A program made the translations under genes and the position numbers. From assembly GCA_002189035.1 (NCBI GenBank), contig CM007990.1:2666001-2730000 (forward strand): DNA of 64,000 bases, in the 5' to 3' direction. The notes below the pieces were generated by a model. That model saw nothing but the letters and a program-made list of their open reading frames with translations, was not told the origin of the DNA and did no database searches. The stretch is from Utricularia gibba (lineage: Eukaryota > Plantae > Magnoliophyta). Shown one piece after another: positions 51,720 through 64,000 of this stretch (position 1 is its first letter; each line of letters starts with the position of its first letter).

Positions 51720-52607
51720 AGATCCACAAACTCATCGTCCATATTCTTCTTCGATTTACTTTCATCTCTAGTTAATAGCTTTGCATTTGCAAGACCCTGA
51801 AAAGTCATTGTATACATGGTCCTTTGTTCATGGATCATCTTACTTACGTCCTTTTCAGGTAACTTATCTAGCACATTCGAAGAGTATATCTAATTAAATT
51901 TCCACATCACATTAGTCTTCTTCTGAATATCATGACTAAGGTCTAAGATACCATTCATGTATCTACCAAATGCTTTCTTCTTGAAAGAAGTAGAGTCAAT
52001 AACCTCATTTGTTTTCATTTGCGCTAAGCCACCTTTTGTCCTAAAGGTCTTGCTTCTTTTTCAACACATGGAGAAGTGCGTGAAGGTATTGTCCCTAGAT
52101 CATTTGATCCTATTGTGAAGCCCTTATCCGATGATCTTTGAACTTAGCAAAAAAAATATACATGCATCTATACTATGATAAAAGTAGCATATAAACAATA
52201 TAAAATATAATTTTACATACCGACATCCACTTTGGCTCTAAATGTAAGATTTCCCAACACTTAATGTCTACAAAATCTTTCTTCTCTTCACACTTGTATA
52301 ATTCTAATGTTTGTTGCTTGAAATCATACTCATTATAACCACTTCCTTCCCTTGCCATAACTTTATCCATAAAACCTCCGAATCAGCTACAATCTTGACT
52401 CAAACTAATCCATTTATGTCTTATAGTATCAACACTACGAGAAACGGCACCGGCTTTATGGTAGTAATCAACAACTTTCTTCCAAAAACTTTTCCCCTTT
52501 TGAGAAGTTCCTTGAATTGGATCCTTACTAGTATTTAACCAAGCTGAAATTAGGATGAACTTATCTTCATCACTCCATCTTTGTGATGGTAGTCTTTGAT
52601 CAACCAT
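51720..52607 (-). pseudogene. Pong Myb/SANT (NAM-associated-type) gene, decayed
   Basis: RWSDEDKFILISAWLNTSKDPIQGTSQKGKSFWKKV; DIKCWEILHLEPKW. Confidence 0.8.
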
Positions 52608-54292
52608 TCTACAAAAAGACTGCAAATCTAAATAAATCACATTAAGAACAAAAAATTATGTTAAACAATGAACCCCTTAAGATAATCGTTATTCTCAACT
52701 AATTGGAAGACCCAGGGAAAACAAATCATCTGTTCCTGCAATGGGCTTGGGAATGTGGGCGGTGGCTGCAGGGGTGGTCGCGGTGGGTGTCACGGGGAAT
52801 TAATTGTGGGGGCAAACACTTGGATGGAAGGAGGTGGGGAAAGTGGCAGCTCTCCAATGATTGTAAGGTGATGGAAGGCCTGGGGTATTAGTCCACGCAC
52901 TCAGCATCGCCACGCCATGTCACCTGTGTTTGTCCTACGCCATCTTCTCCAATGGGGGCTTCGATGCTCTTCGGCTTTTTGCCTGCCCTCTTTTGCATCT
53001 TCTCGGTCAAACTCTTCGGAGCATCTCTGTCCTTCTGAATCGGCAGGTGCTCATATCGTGGCGGCTTTTCCACAGTGAATGCAGACTGTTTCTATAAAGA
53101 AACTGCCTTTCCATTTTTCCGTTTCAGGAAAAAAGAAAAATGATGTTTACTAATTTCCAGAATCTTTACCCTGTTTTCGGAAATGCCACATCAGCATTTC
53201 GAGAAACGGGTAAAGATGCTCTCATGTCAACAACTTCATTAAGGTCCAACAAAAACTAATAAAATGATCTGTGATAGTGTTTGAAGTTCTTGTAAAAAAG
53301 TACTTTCTCCTACCCTTTTAATTCATTGGAGATAGCGAATCAATTCGACCATTCCATAGTTCGATAGTGATATGGTATCACGGTAATGTAGTTATTGATA
53401 ATTTGGTTACATAAAAGTCAAAATATGATTGTTCTTGATGTCTTCTCGATCGTCATGAGGAAGAATAAAAAAGAAGTATTCACTTGTCTTCTATCTAACG
53501 ACATTCACATTGGTGTCTGGACAATCATGATATGGCAAACACATAGGTTGACGGATAACAATGCGTGGTGTAACTTTGTTCGACAATTTTGTGTCCGTGG
53601 ACAATCTCTCTCCACGCACGACTAAGCATTTTTTTTATATTTTTTTAATTCTTTCTTTATTCAAACAAATTTAATATATAAACCCTACTTCTTCACACAC
53701 AATTCCATTTCTTCATTTTACTCCTATGCGGTGGATCTCGTTTGACAAAAAGTGAAGATTCATCTACAAATTTTTGTTTGCAACTATTGGGTAATGTAGA
53801 ATTTTTATATTTTCACAAGTTCTCAAAGTTTTCATCTTCAATTAGTACATTAATTATTGTAATTGAAGGATTTCACAAAATTTCTAAATATTGTAGTTAT
53901 TTTTTTTGCTTAATATTTTGGAATAAAGTATTTGGTGATTCTTGATAGTTGGCATTATAATTTTGTATAGAATAATTATGTTATATGTCATGGTATAAAG
54001 TTATTTTTTTGTAGTATCTCATAAATTTGATGAAAGTTGATTAATGTTAAATATTTTTTGATTTTATTATATATATATAAATTCCTCATACGCATTTTCG
54101 AAATATTTTCTTAATTTTGTATAATCATTTTGATATATTATATTTGATTTTATATTATTTATGTTAAGTAGTTTCTTAAATATTCATTTGATCATTTTTT
54201 CAATGATATTTTGTAGGTTAATATGGATTCAATGGAACCATTGACAGATGAAGAAGTCAACATATTGGTGTTAGCTTGGTTAAATACTTCTA

Positions 54293-56300
54293 TGTTGAGG
54301 GTGAAAATCAGTGTTAGAGTGAAAGCCGATTTTCGGGTTACGGATGTGGACGTGCGTACTCATAAACAGAAATTTTAGCATATCGTTGCAATAATAACCA
54401 AATTTCCGTATCAAATAAATTTATAATCCCTAATCCTCACAAAATACAAATTAATCACAAAGTGTACTGTGGAATTCGGGGTCGATCACAAGGAGCTTGT
54501 GCTTGTCATATATTTCAGCCAATGCAGAATTCAAAGTAAGGGTAAGTCTTAGTTTAAGCTTGGAACAACAATTGTAAACAAGTTCGGTAAACAAGTTCGG
54601 TAAACAAGATCAGTAAATAGTATCAGGTCTTAACGCTAAGGTAATAAGTACTGGTTCTAACTCAGAATAATACTAACGTGCCTTAAGGATCTACAGGTGG
54701 TGTGGTGCCAAAATTCCTAATTTAATCTATCATGTTTCTACACTTATAACTTTGAATAACCTAAGTCTACCCAGGTCATTCATCATATTTTCGGCTAAGT
54801 TAGTCCCCCATATCATCACCAACATTGCAATTAGGTCTACCCGCATGCAAAGCATATAGAACTAGGTCTACTCGGTTCTACCCCAGACTAACACCTACTG
54901 CTCCCGTTTTGATTTGTTGGTCTACCTCTAAATGAAGCATCTAAGTTATGAAGCTACATGTTACCCTCCTTAGGTCTACCCATGGTTTGATAGAAACAAG
55001 AACTAAGAAACAATGGTCAATTTTATTAAGACTCTTAGACCCACACCACCATGCTTCACCTTAAAGCACTCCTAGGGTTTAGCTACTCATGCTTTGAAGT
55101 TAAAAAGTGATGGCATTAACATAAAACAAACAAAAATGTCGAGAACATTGTGTAGAAGTTGGGTGCAAAAGCTAAAAACATCAACAAACTAAAATAAAGC
55201 AGTGAAAAGTCTGGTTTCCGTCTGCTACTATTCCTAGACCAGAACTGGGTCTTGATCTTCTTCCTTCAAGCTGGAGGTTCTTCTCTAGAAAAATCCCTTT
55301 TCTTCCTCCTTCTCCACTCGTGTTCTTCGTGTTCAAGTTGGGGAGAAACCCCCTTGTGTCTATTCTCTGAAAATTCTGGGTTGTCCCCCTCCTTTTTGCG
55401 ACTCTCTCTCCTAATCTTTCTCTTGCCTCCCACTGCCCAAGGCAAGTACATTCTCTGACAGATCTGCTGCTCCTGGCCCTGACTTGCAGACTGTCGTCGT
55501 GACAGTGTACTCATTGCCCCTGCAGCCTGGTGACTTGCATGAAATCCATATTTTTCCATGATTCTTGAGTTGCTGCTGGACTCCAAAATCGGGTTAGACA
55601 TGGGGTGGGTTAACTCAAAGGATTTAGCCCACTAATCACACCAAAAATTACATTTTCCTCAATTACATAAAAACACTTAAAAATATAAAATAAACACTTA
55701 AACATAACTAAAAATTTATGATTTTAATATCCTCAAAACTTGAAAATTTGTGTGCCATCACGTACCGTATCCGATTAAGGCTTTGGTATTCTTTGTGGTG
55801 CGATTTTGTTAACTAAAAATGAAAGACCAGGATTTTAATGTGGAAACCGTCGGAGAACGGAAAAACCACGGAGCTATTGGAGCTTGTCAGAAAATATCTT
55901 CACTAGATGGAGATGGGGAGAAAATACAAGTTGGACGGTTTAGAATCAGTCCCTTTTCACTGTAATGTTTCTCGCAATTATAGGTGAGATGAACCTGACT
56001 GAATTCTAGATTCTGCAAGCATCAGCTGGTTTCTGCACTTGGTGTACATACCGCGGTTCTGCCCTCGGATAACCACCGACTGCTCTGTTATTTCCATAAT
56101 TCGACTACTTTTTAGTCTATCCAAAACGGCCACTTCAGACAAACTATAACAGTCATCAGTCCGTCGACCTGCACTAGGGTGTCAGAACACCTTTTGGATA
56201 CTTTTAAGAGACAGATTATCCCACTCCGATTTAGACCCAATTAGATTCCATTACGGGTAATTTCCAAAAATTAGAGTCATTTTAGAAAGTTATTGGTTTT
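54293..56300 (-). mobile_element. Diverged Retand-like LTR split by the solo LTR at 54360-55760
   Basis: TGTTGAGGGTGAAAATC start and GGAAACCGTCGGAGAACGGAAAAACCACGGAGCTA resemble the 20089/27010 LTRs; possible TSD TTCTA at 54288-54292 and 56301-56305. Confidence 0.55.
54360..55760 (-). mobile_element. Family B solo LTR with perfect TSD
   Basis: CGTAC at 54355-54359 and 55761-55765; minus-strand start TGATGGCAC; end GTTTATGA versus GTTTATCA in the 63812 copy. Confidence 0.9.
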
Positions 56301-56913
56301 TTCTATTGTGATACAATCAAGGCTAATGGAACAAATGGAAAAGTTTAGGAACCTTTAGTCTTGAGGAAGAAGTGGAAAATGTTAAGTGCATATGTCTAAA
56401 TTTTTTCTGAAATGTTTGATAGTATTTCATGACAGGATCCAAACAGTTGCAACAACTACGACTTGATTCATATGAGCTTCAAGTTATATAAAGAAGAACG
56501 TCGATAACCTTTACATATTTGGAAGCTTGGAAAATATTGTGAGATCAACCAAAATGGATGGCTGTAAAATCTTTTGTTATTTATATATTATTTTATTTTA
56601 TTAACTCATTGTTTTGTATTAAAATAAGATATAGATAACATAAGTTAGAAGAAAAAGAAAGTATCTATCATATGTGACTCATCATCGGTTCAATCTGTTA
56701 TGCCTCCAAATATGATGGAATAACTACAACCTATCACACCAACTACATCTCACAACTATCAATCTACCCACTCTACGATTATTAATCGATCACACCAACT
56801 ACACCTTACAACTACCAATCCACTCCACCAACCATGTTTTGCAACGAGTAACCTACCATATCAACAACATCTCACAACTACTAATCTACCACACCACACC
56901 AATCATATCTCAC

Positions 56914-57019
56914 TCATTATATATAACTTGTACCATTGATACTGAATTCATTCATCAATTCAATGGATTCTCACAAACTATTTCGATCATTATATATAAC
57001 TTGTACCATTGATACTGAA
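56914..57019. repeat. 33-bp direct repeat with 40-bp spacer
   Basis: TCATTATATATAACTTGTACCATTGATACTGAA at 56914 and 56987. Confidence 0.8.
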
Positions 57020-57129
57020 GATCATGTTTCTTTTCAACAGGAGCATTTTGATCTGATGGATTTTTCGATCATTAGGCTTTATCATAGTATTGTTGTTATT
57101 GATGCGATTGAAGCTACTATTGAGTATAT

Positions 57130-57545
57130 ATTCAAAGATGAGCTAGAACAAACCCGAAGAAATAGAGGAAAGCATGAATATATTGATTGTGGCCGTGAGT
57201 TTAGAAACACTTGCTAGTGGCAAACTATTTCTCCATCAATGTCACCTACAATGATCAGATATTTCGCTGACGTTTCAGAATGCATCATAGTTTGTTCGAA
57301 CGTATTATGTCCAATCTTGTGGAAATAGTTTCATATCTACAAGAGAAACCAAATGCAACATATCGTATTTCCTTAATAACAATGCAAAAATGTACTACTG
57401 CAATGTGAATGATGACATATGGATATGGTGTAGATGCTTGTGATGAATATCTTTGAATTGGTGAATTTACTACCCTAAAGTGCTTAAGATCTTTTATAAT
57501 CGGAATTCATATAGTGTTTGAGACAGAATATATGAGATGCCTCAA
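57130..57545 (+). pseudogene. Pong nuclease N-terminal fragment
   Basis: RFRMHHSLFERIM...QKCTTAM*MMTYGYGVDACDEYL*IGE...FETEYMR. Confidence 0.8.
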
Positions 57546-57549
57546 TCTA

Positions 57550-58110
57550 AGTATAGAAATATGAGTAAGGATGTGGTGGAGCCCAAAATCAGCAAGATGT
57601 ATGTGGAGGCAGGTAAAAGAGAGGCTTATAAATCGGGGGGGGGGGGGGGGGGGTCAGGAAATAACGAAATCGGTTCATTTTGGACAAAACCAGTTGGAAA
57701 GAGTTTGGGAAAGCATCCTGATAGCCCGTCGCAAGTGGATAGACTGATAAGTGTTGGAACTGGGCTGCGACGGCCGTTTTGAGCAATCTGAAAAGTAGTC
57801 GAATTACAGGGATGTCAGAGCGGTCGGCATATATCTATCATTGGACCATGATACAACTAACAAGCGCAAAAAGTAGGCAACACCTATGAAATTCAAAATT
57901 TGGTTGGGTCAGACTCTTCTATAAATATAAGGAAGTTTGAAGAAGAAAGCATTGAAATCTTGGCATTTAGGAAACTTGCATTCCTCTCTTTTTCTCCGTT
58001 AGTGAAATTATTCTTTTAGCGAGCTCTGACAGATATGTGGTTTTCCCGTTCTTCAACGATTTTCATATAAAAATCCTTAAGCCATAATACCTAAATCGGA
58101 TCCAACCAAT
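57550..58110 (+). mobile_element. Retand-like LTR remnant in sense orientation upstream of the HemN-like gene
   Basis: GGCCGTTTT...AAAAGTAGTCGAATTA and GTGGTTTTCCCGTTCT are reverse complements of motifs at 56095-56130 and 55840-55870; TATAAATA at 57920. Confidence 0.55.
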
Positions 58111-58534
58111 TTGGCTTTAGCGGTAACCTGAAATCGATTTTCCTCACTATAACTAGTTGCAACTGCATCACTATGGAAGGATGATATATATTATTTAATA
58201 TTATTATTATATTAAATAATAATAAGACAATAAAACAATTATGATGTGAACTACACATTGTTGGGACACCAAGTTTGGCCCAAGATAACTGAGGTTTTTA
58301 GCAAACTTGATGTGAAAGTATTTAAATACTAAAAACCTTTACTCTAATTTCATTATTTAAATTTTATTTTATATTATTTATATTTTCACCATTGTTTATA
58401 TAGTTATGATAGTTTATAAACTATTTCAATTTCACATTTCCATTGGATCTCTATTTTTTGTGATCGCTATTATTATGTAGTTAAGTTTTATTATTTTTTA
58501 AAAAATTTATTGAATTAATGATAGATACTCAACA

Positions 58535-59940
58535 ATGTTCAAACGATCCCTATCTCACATGACGTTGAAATCCATCTGCTCCGTTCTTCCCATTGTCGCT
58601 GAGCAACGCCCACAAACTGTTCGACAGATTGCCTCTTCCAAGTCTACCTCTTTGTTACACCTCCCAAAGCTTGCTCCAGTATCAGCCTACATTCACCTTC
58701 CCTTCTGCCGCAAAAGATGCTACTACTGCGACTTCCCTATCATTGCACTTGGATCCTCTATGGGAATGAAGATTCACGGATTTCAGATTATATAGATGTG
58801 GTTTGTAAAGAAATCAAAGCCACTAAAGTAGATTCTACTGTATGCCCACCTCTCAAAACTGTCTTTTTTGGCGGTGGTACACCTTCTCTCGTCCCACCTC
58901 GATTGGTTTCTGCAATTCTTGAAGCACTGTCGTCAACATTTGGGGTGTCTGCGGATGCTGAAATTTCTATTGAAATGGATCCTGGAACGTTTGATGGGGC
59001 GAAAATCAGGGATCTAAAAGGTTTAGGCGTGAATCGAGTATCCTTGGGAGTCCAAGCTTTTCAAGATGAGTTATTGAAGGTCTGTGGAAGGTCTCATGGA
59101 GTTGGCGAAGTTCATCAAGCGATTGAAATTGTGAAGTCGAGTGGAGTGAAGAATTGGAGTCTAGACCTCATTTCTTCACTCCCTCACCAGACTTCAGCAA
59201 TGTGGGAAGAGAGTTTGCAGCGCACAGTTGTAGCACAGCCAACCCATGTTTCAATCTATGATTTGCAGGTTGAGCAAAATACCAAGTTTGGTATCCTATA
59301 TAAGCCTGGTGAATTTCCTCTGCCTTCGGAGGATCTGTCCGCCGAGTTCTACCGAAATGCTTCAAAATTTCTTCAAGATGCAGGGTATGAGCACTATGAG
59401 ATCAGTAGCTACTGCAAGAGCGGCTATAACTGCAAACACAACACCACTTACTGGAAGGGCCGATCTTTCTATGGTTTTGGTTTGGGTGCGGCTAGTTATA
59501 TCCAAGGAATAAGATTTTCCAGGCCTAAAAAGATGAAGGAATACGTGCAATACGTTAATAGCCGAGCAGACGAAGTGAATAGTTGTGCTGAGAAAGGTGG
59601 CATTAATCTTCAAGACTTGGCCATGGATGTTGTCATGCTCTCTCTTAGAACTTCGGATGGCTTAGATTTGAAGGCTTTCAAAGAATCTTTTGGTCGCTCG
59701 CGTATGCTCTCCATTTGTGAAATCTATCAGCCTCATATCCAAACAGGCCATGTCATCTGCATTGATGATAATGGAGCAACAATTGCAGGAGATGAATATG
59801 CATCTTTGCTTTTAAACGATCGCTGGGGATTCCAGAAGCTGGCGTTCCTTAGGCTTAGTGATCCAGATGGTTTCCTGCTGTCAAATGAGTTGATATCACT
59901 TGCATTTAATGCCTTGAGTTCATGCTCTGATTTCTCCTAA
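58535..59940 (+). CDS. HEMN1: Radical-SAM HemN-like protein (HemW/RSAD1 heme-chaperone type), intronless, with a frameshift near 58752-58765
   Basis: ORF1: transit-peptide-like N-terminus plus SAYIHLPFCRKRCYYCDF (CxxxCxxC at 58706-58729). ORF2 in another frame: TVFFGGGTPS, ISIEMDPGT, GVNRVSLGVQAF, SLDLISSLPHQT, YEHYEISSY, CKHNTTYW. Confidence 0.9.
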
Positions 59941-61509
59941 GTTTGTGGATTCTTCTTCGTTGAACTGCTGCAGTCATCTCTTCGGGGTGATTTTGAAAAA
60001 TGGACTTGGTTTTTATGCGGCTCTCAAAAAAAAAAAGCTATTCAACCTGGATAAAAAGACCAATTTCCCTCAGTCAAGAAAAGGTTTTTGTGATGCGTCA
60101 GTTGAGCTTTATTTAGAATAAAACGAAGTTTGAAGAAGACTCCACAAGTTGTATTCAGCTATACCAAAAACTTCCACCCCCTGTGGCATGCCCTTCATAT
60201 GAACCACATCAGAAAAATATATTTTTATTACATTTTAATATATGTTCACGAAATATCAATTACACCAATAACATTTTCTGAATATGGTTTCTAGAGGTAA
60301 ATTTTGATGCAAAAGGAGAACAAAGGTCTTGTACTGAGCAGAAAAAAATGCAGCAATGTTTAAGTACCCTCAGTGGGTTGAAACACAAGTCCAGCTTTCT
60401 TAGAAAACGCACACGCTTTTGCGGTTGAAGTAGGCAGGCAGGCAGGCATACGAGGTATCAACAAGGCGAGCTTTTTATGGAAGCAATATTTTTAAGCATT
60501 TCAACAATCACATCACACATTTTCTGGCACAAAAATGAGAAACACTTCAAAAGAACACTAATGGCAGGAGTGAGCGTAGAATATACCAGCACCATTTTTC
60601 CAACGTACATTTTGAATGAAAGAAACATAGGACCTTTTTTTAATCAAAAGCATAAGACTTCAGCATCTAGCTTACTGCCTGGAAAAGCCAGTGAGCAGAT
60701 GAATCAGTATCAATGGTGCCACATTTAGCAGAGCCGGTAAATCAACACCATCAGACATCCAAAAGCTCACCTGAGTTCGTAGATGACAGTGCAAGGAGCT
60801 GTGAATGTTTTCTCTCTTACGTTTTCTATCTTCATGCATTCAATCTCACTGCTTGCATTATAAAAAATGCAAGAGCTCTAGGAATCTCTAATTCCTGGAT
60901 ATCGAGCATGTGATGATCAAGTACCAAATATGATAAAAAATTGAAGAAAACACAACAAGCGTAGCAATAAAGTAAATTCCCACTCACAGGGGCTACATAC
61001 TTGGGCGTGATAAATTTAATATGCAATCCTTCTCACATTATTCTTTTGGACATGGAAAAAGTTACTTGAGAAAGCTTCAGTACCTGCTACCATGCAGAGT
61101 ATTATGCTCGTATAAAAGCTTGAATGTTTATATCTTCATCTAGTGTTAGCTGGATAGCGCTCTTCTCCAACTCTAGTGCATGATGACTTAAGCTCGGAGG
61201 AGGTCAAATGCAATAGTGCTGACCGCATGATGGCCAAATAAAACAAAACATATTGATCATGTAATGGAACCTTGGCAACTAATTGAATTAACAATTGCAA
61301 TTGAAACAGAAGCAGGATTGGGACCTGAACCCTTAGCTTCAACTCCAAAATCAGGGTAACAAAAGGATCTAAGTTCTTAGACAAAAGGCTATGCATAGGT
61401 TCACCGGAGGTGGATTTATTCACTTTCCTTCACAAAAGTGTCAGCTTCTAGAAATGCTTTGTGCAATGGTGATAGTTTGCTTCTGTCAGTGTATCATGAC
61501 ATTCTCGCC

Positions 61510-61900
61510 CGCTTTGGTTGGAAGTTGTAAGCCTAGAAACATTTTTTGTATGATGTCATAATTCTCCCAAGTTGCTGGTACAGATGAGTGGTCCTTCCAA
61601 TGAACCAAGTTGCTTGTAGAATATCAAATTCCAAGCAATGCCTATGGCTCCAATGTCCTCTTTTAAAAGGTTTGAGTCAGGATAGATGGAAGGGTAGGAT
61701 GGATGTTCACTTCGGTGGGTATTTCGAGCTCATATGCCAACTCTCCAATTCTCCTCTTCATTGTCAAGGGACCATAGTGCTTGGGATGTAATTTGAATAT
61801 CTGGTTCTTGATAAGATCTTTTGCTCATGTATAGGTAGCCTTACTCACATTTGGTAGCCTTCTTTGTAATTGATGATTTTACGCTTGGAATCATAATACT
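61510..61900 (-). pseudogene. Chromoviral Gypsy integrase C-terminus and chromodomain remnant
   Basis: KLHPKHYGP...RIGELAYELEIP...IHP; LVHWKD...ATWENYD. Confidence 0.65.
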
Positions 61901-62454
61901 TTCTGAAAATTTGTAGATTTAATACCAATACTGGAGCTCCCCTTCAAATGCTAGTAGTGATGGTGGAGCTCAACTATAGACTAATTCAAACAGAGTCACT
62001 CCAATTGCATTGTGGTAACTAGCATTATAAGCACACTCAATCTAGGAAAGCCACTCTCCCATTTGTCGGATGATCACCCAGAAATTTACTCCTCTGCTTG
62101 TGTCATAAATTTTTTTTTTTTCAGAATGTCTATTCATTTCTTACTTGATTAAAATACCAGTAATTTATTTTTTTATTTTAAAAATACCTTTTATTTTGAA
62201 ATTATTGTTTTAATAACTATTTTTATTTTTATTGAAATACATGCTATTGTGTATTAAGATACATTAGTTTATTTCAAATTTATTGTTAATCAAAAAATTA
62301 TTTTGATGGATTACTTTAAATGATAAAAAAGAATAATAATTAAAAAATAGAAAAGAAAAATTGTAGTATAAACCATAAATTAGGATGAATAATAGAAAAG
62401 ATTTATCAATCTAAATTTGATTATATTTATGCTTATCGAATATCAATAGAAAAT

Positions 62455-63812
62455 ATGTTTAAGTGTTAATTTTATAGTTTTAAGTATTTTTATTTGATTA
62501 GAGAAAATATGATTTTTGATGTGATTAGTGGGCTAAATCAAAGGATTTAGCCCACCCCATGTCTAACCCGATTTTGGAGTCTAGCAGCAGCCCAAGAATC
62601 AACGAAAAATCTGGATTTCGTGCAAGTCACCAGGGTGCAGGGGGCAATGAGTAGACTGTCACGGCGACAGTCTGCAAGTAAAGGCCTGGAGCAACAGATT
62701 TGTCAGATAATGTAATTGCCTTGGGAAGTGAGAGGCAAGAGAAAGGTGAAGAGAGAGAATCGCAAAAAAAGGGAGATTACCCCAGAATTTTAAGAGAGGA
62801 CACACATGAGGGGGTTTCTCCCCCCACCCCAACTGAAACACGAAGAAGAAGGAGGAAGAAAGGCGATTTTTCTGGAGAAGAACCTCCAGCTTGAAGGAAG
62901 ATCAAGACCCAGTTCAGCGCCACTGTTCCGGCCTGTGAACAGTGGCAGACGGAATCTAGAAACTTTACTGCCTTATTTTCGTTTGCTTATGTTCTTAGCT
63001 TCTGCACTAAACTTCTGCACAATGTTCTCAACATTTTCGTTATTTTATGTTAATGCCATTACATTTTACCTTCAAAGCATGAGTAGCTAAATCCTAGGAG
63101 TGCCTTAAGGTGAAGCATGTGGTGTGGGTCTAGGAGTCTTAGTAAAATTGACCTTAGTTTCTTAGCTCTTGTTTCTATCAAACCATGGGTAGACCTAAGG
63201 AGGGGAACAAGTAGCTTCACAGGTTAGATGTTTGATTTAGAGGTATACCAACAAGTCAAGACGAGAGCAGAAGGTGTTAGTTCGGAGTAGAACCAGTAGA
63301 ATTGGGTAGACCTAGTTCTATATGCTTTGCATGCGGGTAGACCTAATTGTAAGGTTGGTGATGATATGGAGGACTAACTTAACCGAAAATATGATGAATG
63401 ACCTGGGTAGACTTAGGTTATTTGAAGTTGTGAGTATAGGAACATGGTAGATTAAATTAGGAATTTTGGCACCACACCATCTGTAGATCCTTAAGGCACG
63501 TTAGTATTATTCTGAGACAAAACCAATACTTGTTACTTTAGCGTTAAGACCTGATATTGCTTACCGATCTTGTTTACCGAACTTGTTTACCGAACTTGTT
63601 TACCACTGTTGGTCTGAGCTTAGACTAAGACTTACCTACTTTGAATTCTGCATTTGCTGAAATACAAGACAAGCACAAGCTCCTTGTGATCAACCCCGAA
63701 TTCCACTGTGTATTTTCAGTTTAATATATATTTTGTGAGGATTAGGGATTATAAATTTATTTGATAACGAATTTTCTATTTTTGTAACGACACTAGGAAT
63801 TTCCGTTTATCA
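62455..63812 (+). mobile_element. Family B LTR, 5'-truncated
   Basis: Homologous to 30850-32223 and reverse 54360-55760; ends GAATTTCCGTTTATCA; three copies of the TTGTTTACCGAAC-type unit near 63570-63605. Confidence 0.85.
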
Positions 63813-64000
63813 CTAAATTTCATTATATTGTTACCTATCGAGTATCAACGAAATAAAGAAGTATGATTTTTAAAACTTTTGTACTTTAAAAACATAAAAT
63901 TTAATATATCAAAAAATATTCAAACCAAAAACCTTTTAATAAATCAAAATATTATCAAATGTACTAATCAACTAAGCTAATATACCACAAATTTTCAAAT

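Larger units (their letters stand above)
49274..53221 (-). mobile_element. Pong-like Harbinger element with both TIRs, decayed
   Basis: TIR GAGCATCTTTA...GAAATGCT...CATTTCCG at both ends; flanks TTA/TCA; Myb gene upstream of nuclease on the same strand. Confidence 0.85.
53500..57545 (+). mobile_element. Second Pong-like element, partial and interrupted
   Basis: Myb start MDSMEPLTDEEVNILVLAWLNTS at 54223, continuing after 56300 (YLEAWKI...QPKW); nuclease N-terminus at 57130-57545. Left boundary is a guess; right end is lost. Confidence 0.65.

Noticed and set aside
58745-58775. Programmed -1 ribosomal frameshift or micro-intron in the HemN-like gene
   Set aside because: No X XXY YYZ heptamer and no GT-AG pair of usable size at the shift.
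60650-61130. Splice-donor-like sites on the minus strand suggesting a gene or lncRNA convergent with HemN
   Set aside because: No consistent exon chain or recognisable protein; would need RNA-seq.

Overview
Plant nuclear DNA, mostly nested and decayed transposons around two host genes. Host genes: an intact 8-exon SAM-dependent methyltransferase (35769-37998, minus, 252 aa) and an intronless HemN/HemW-like radical-SAM gene (58535-59940, plus) split by one frameshift. 1-17 kb: Athila-type Gypsy and Angela-type Copia pieces, with an inversion shown by a reverse-complemented target-site duplication (TSD). 17.9-35.6 kb: an old Ale-like Copia with non-canonical termini, holding a Retand/Tat Gypsy, a MuDR and an Athila LTR. 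38-57.5 kb: three PIF/Pong-Harbinger elements, two hAT-type MITEs and solo LTRs. Best candidate for something undescribed: the Harbinger at 38183-44601 carries a third, 5-exon gene that fuses a Gypsy-type Transposase_28-like domain to an FCP1/SCP-like HAD phosphatase domain, with a ~46-bp repeat array and hairpin upstream. Family assignments come from recognised motifs by eye; no database search was run.
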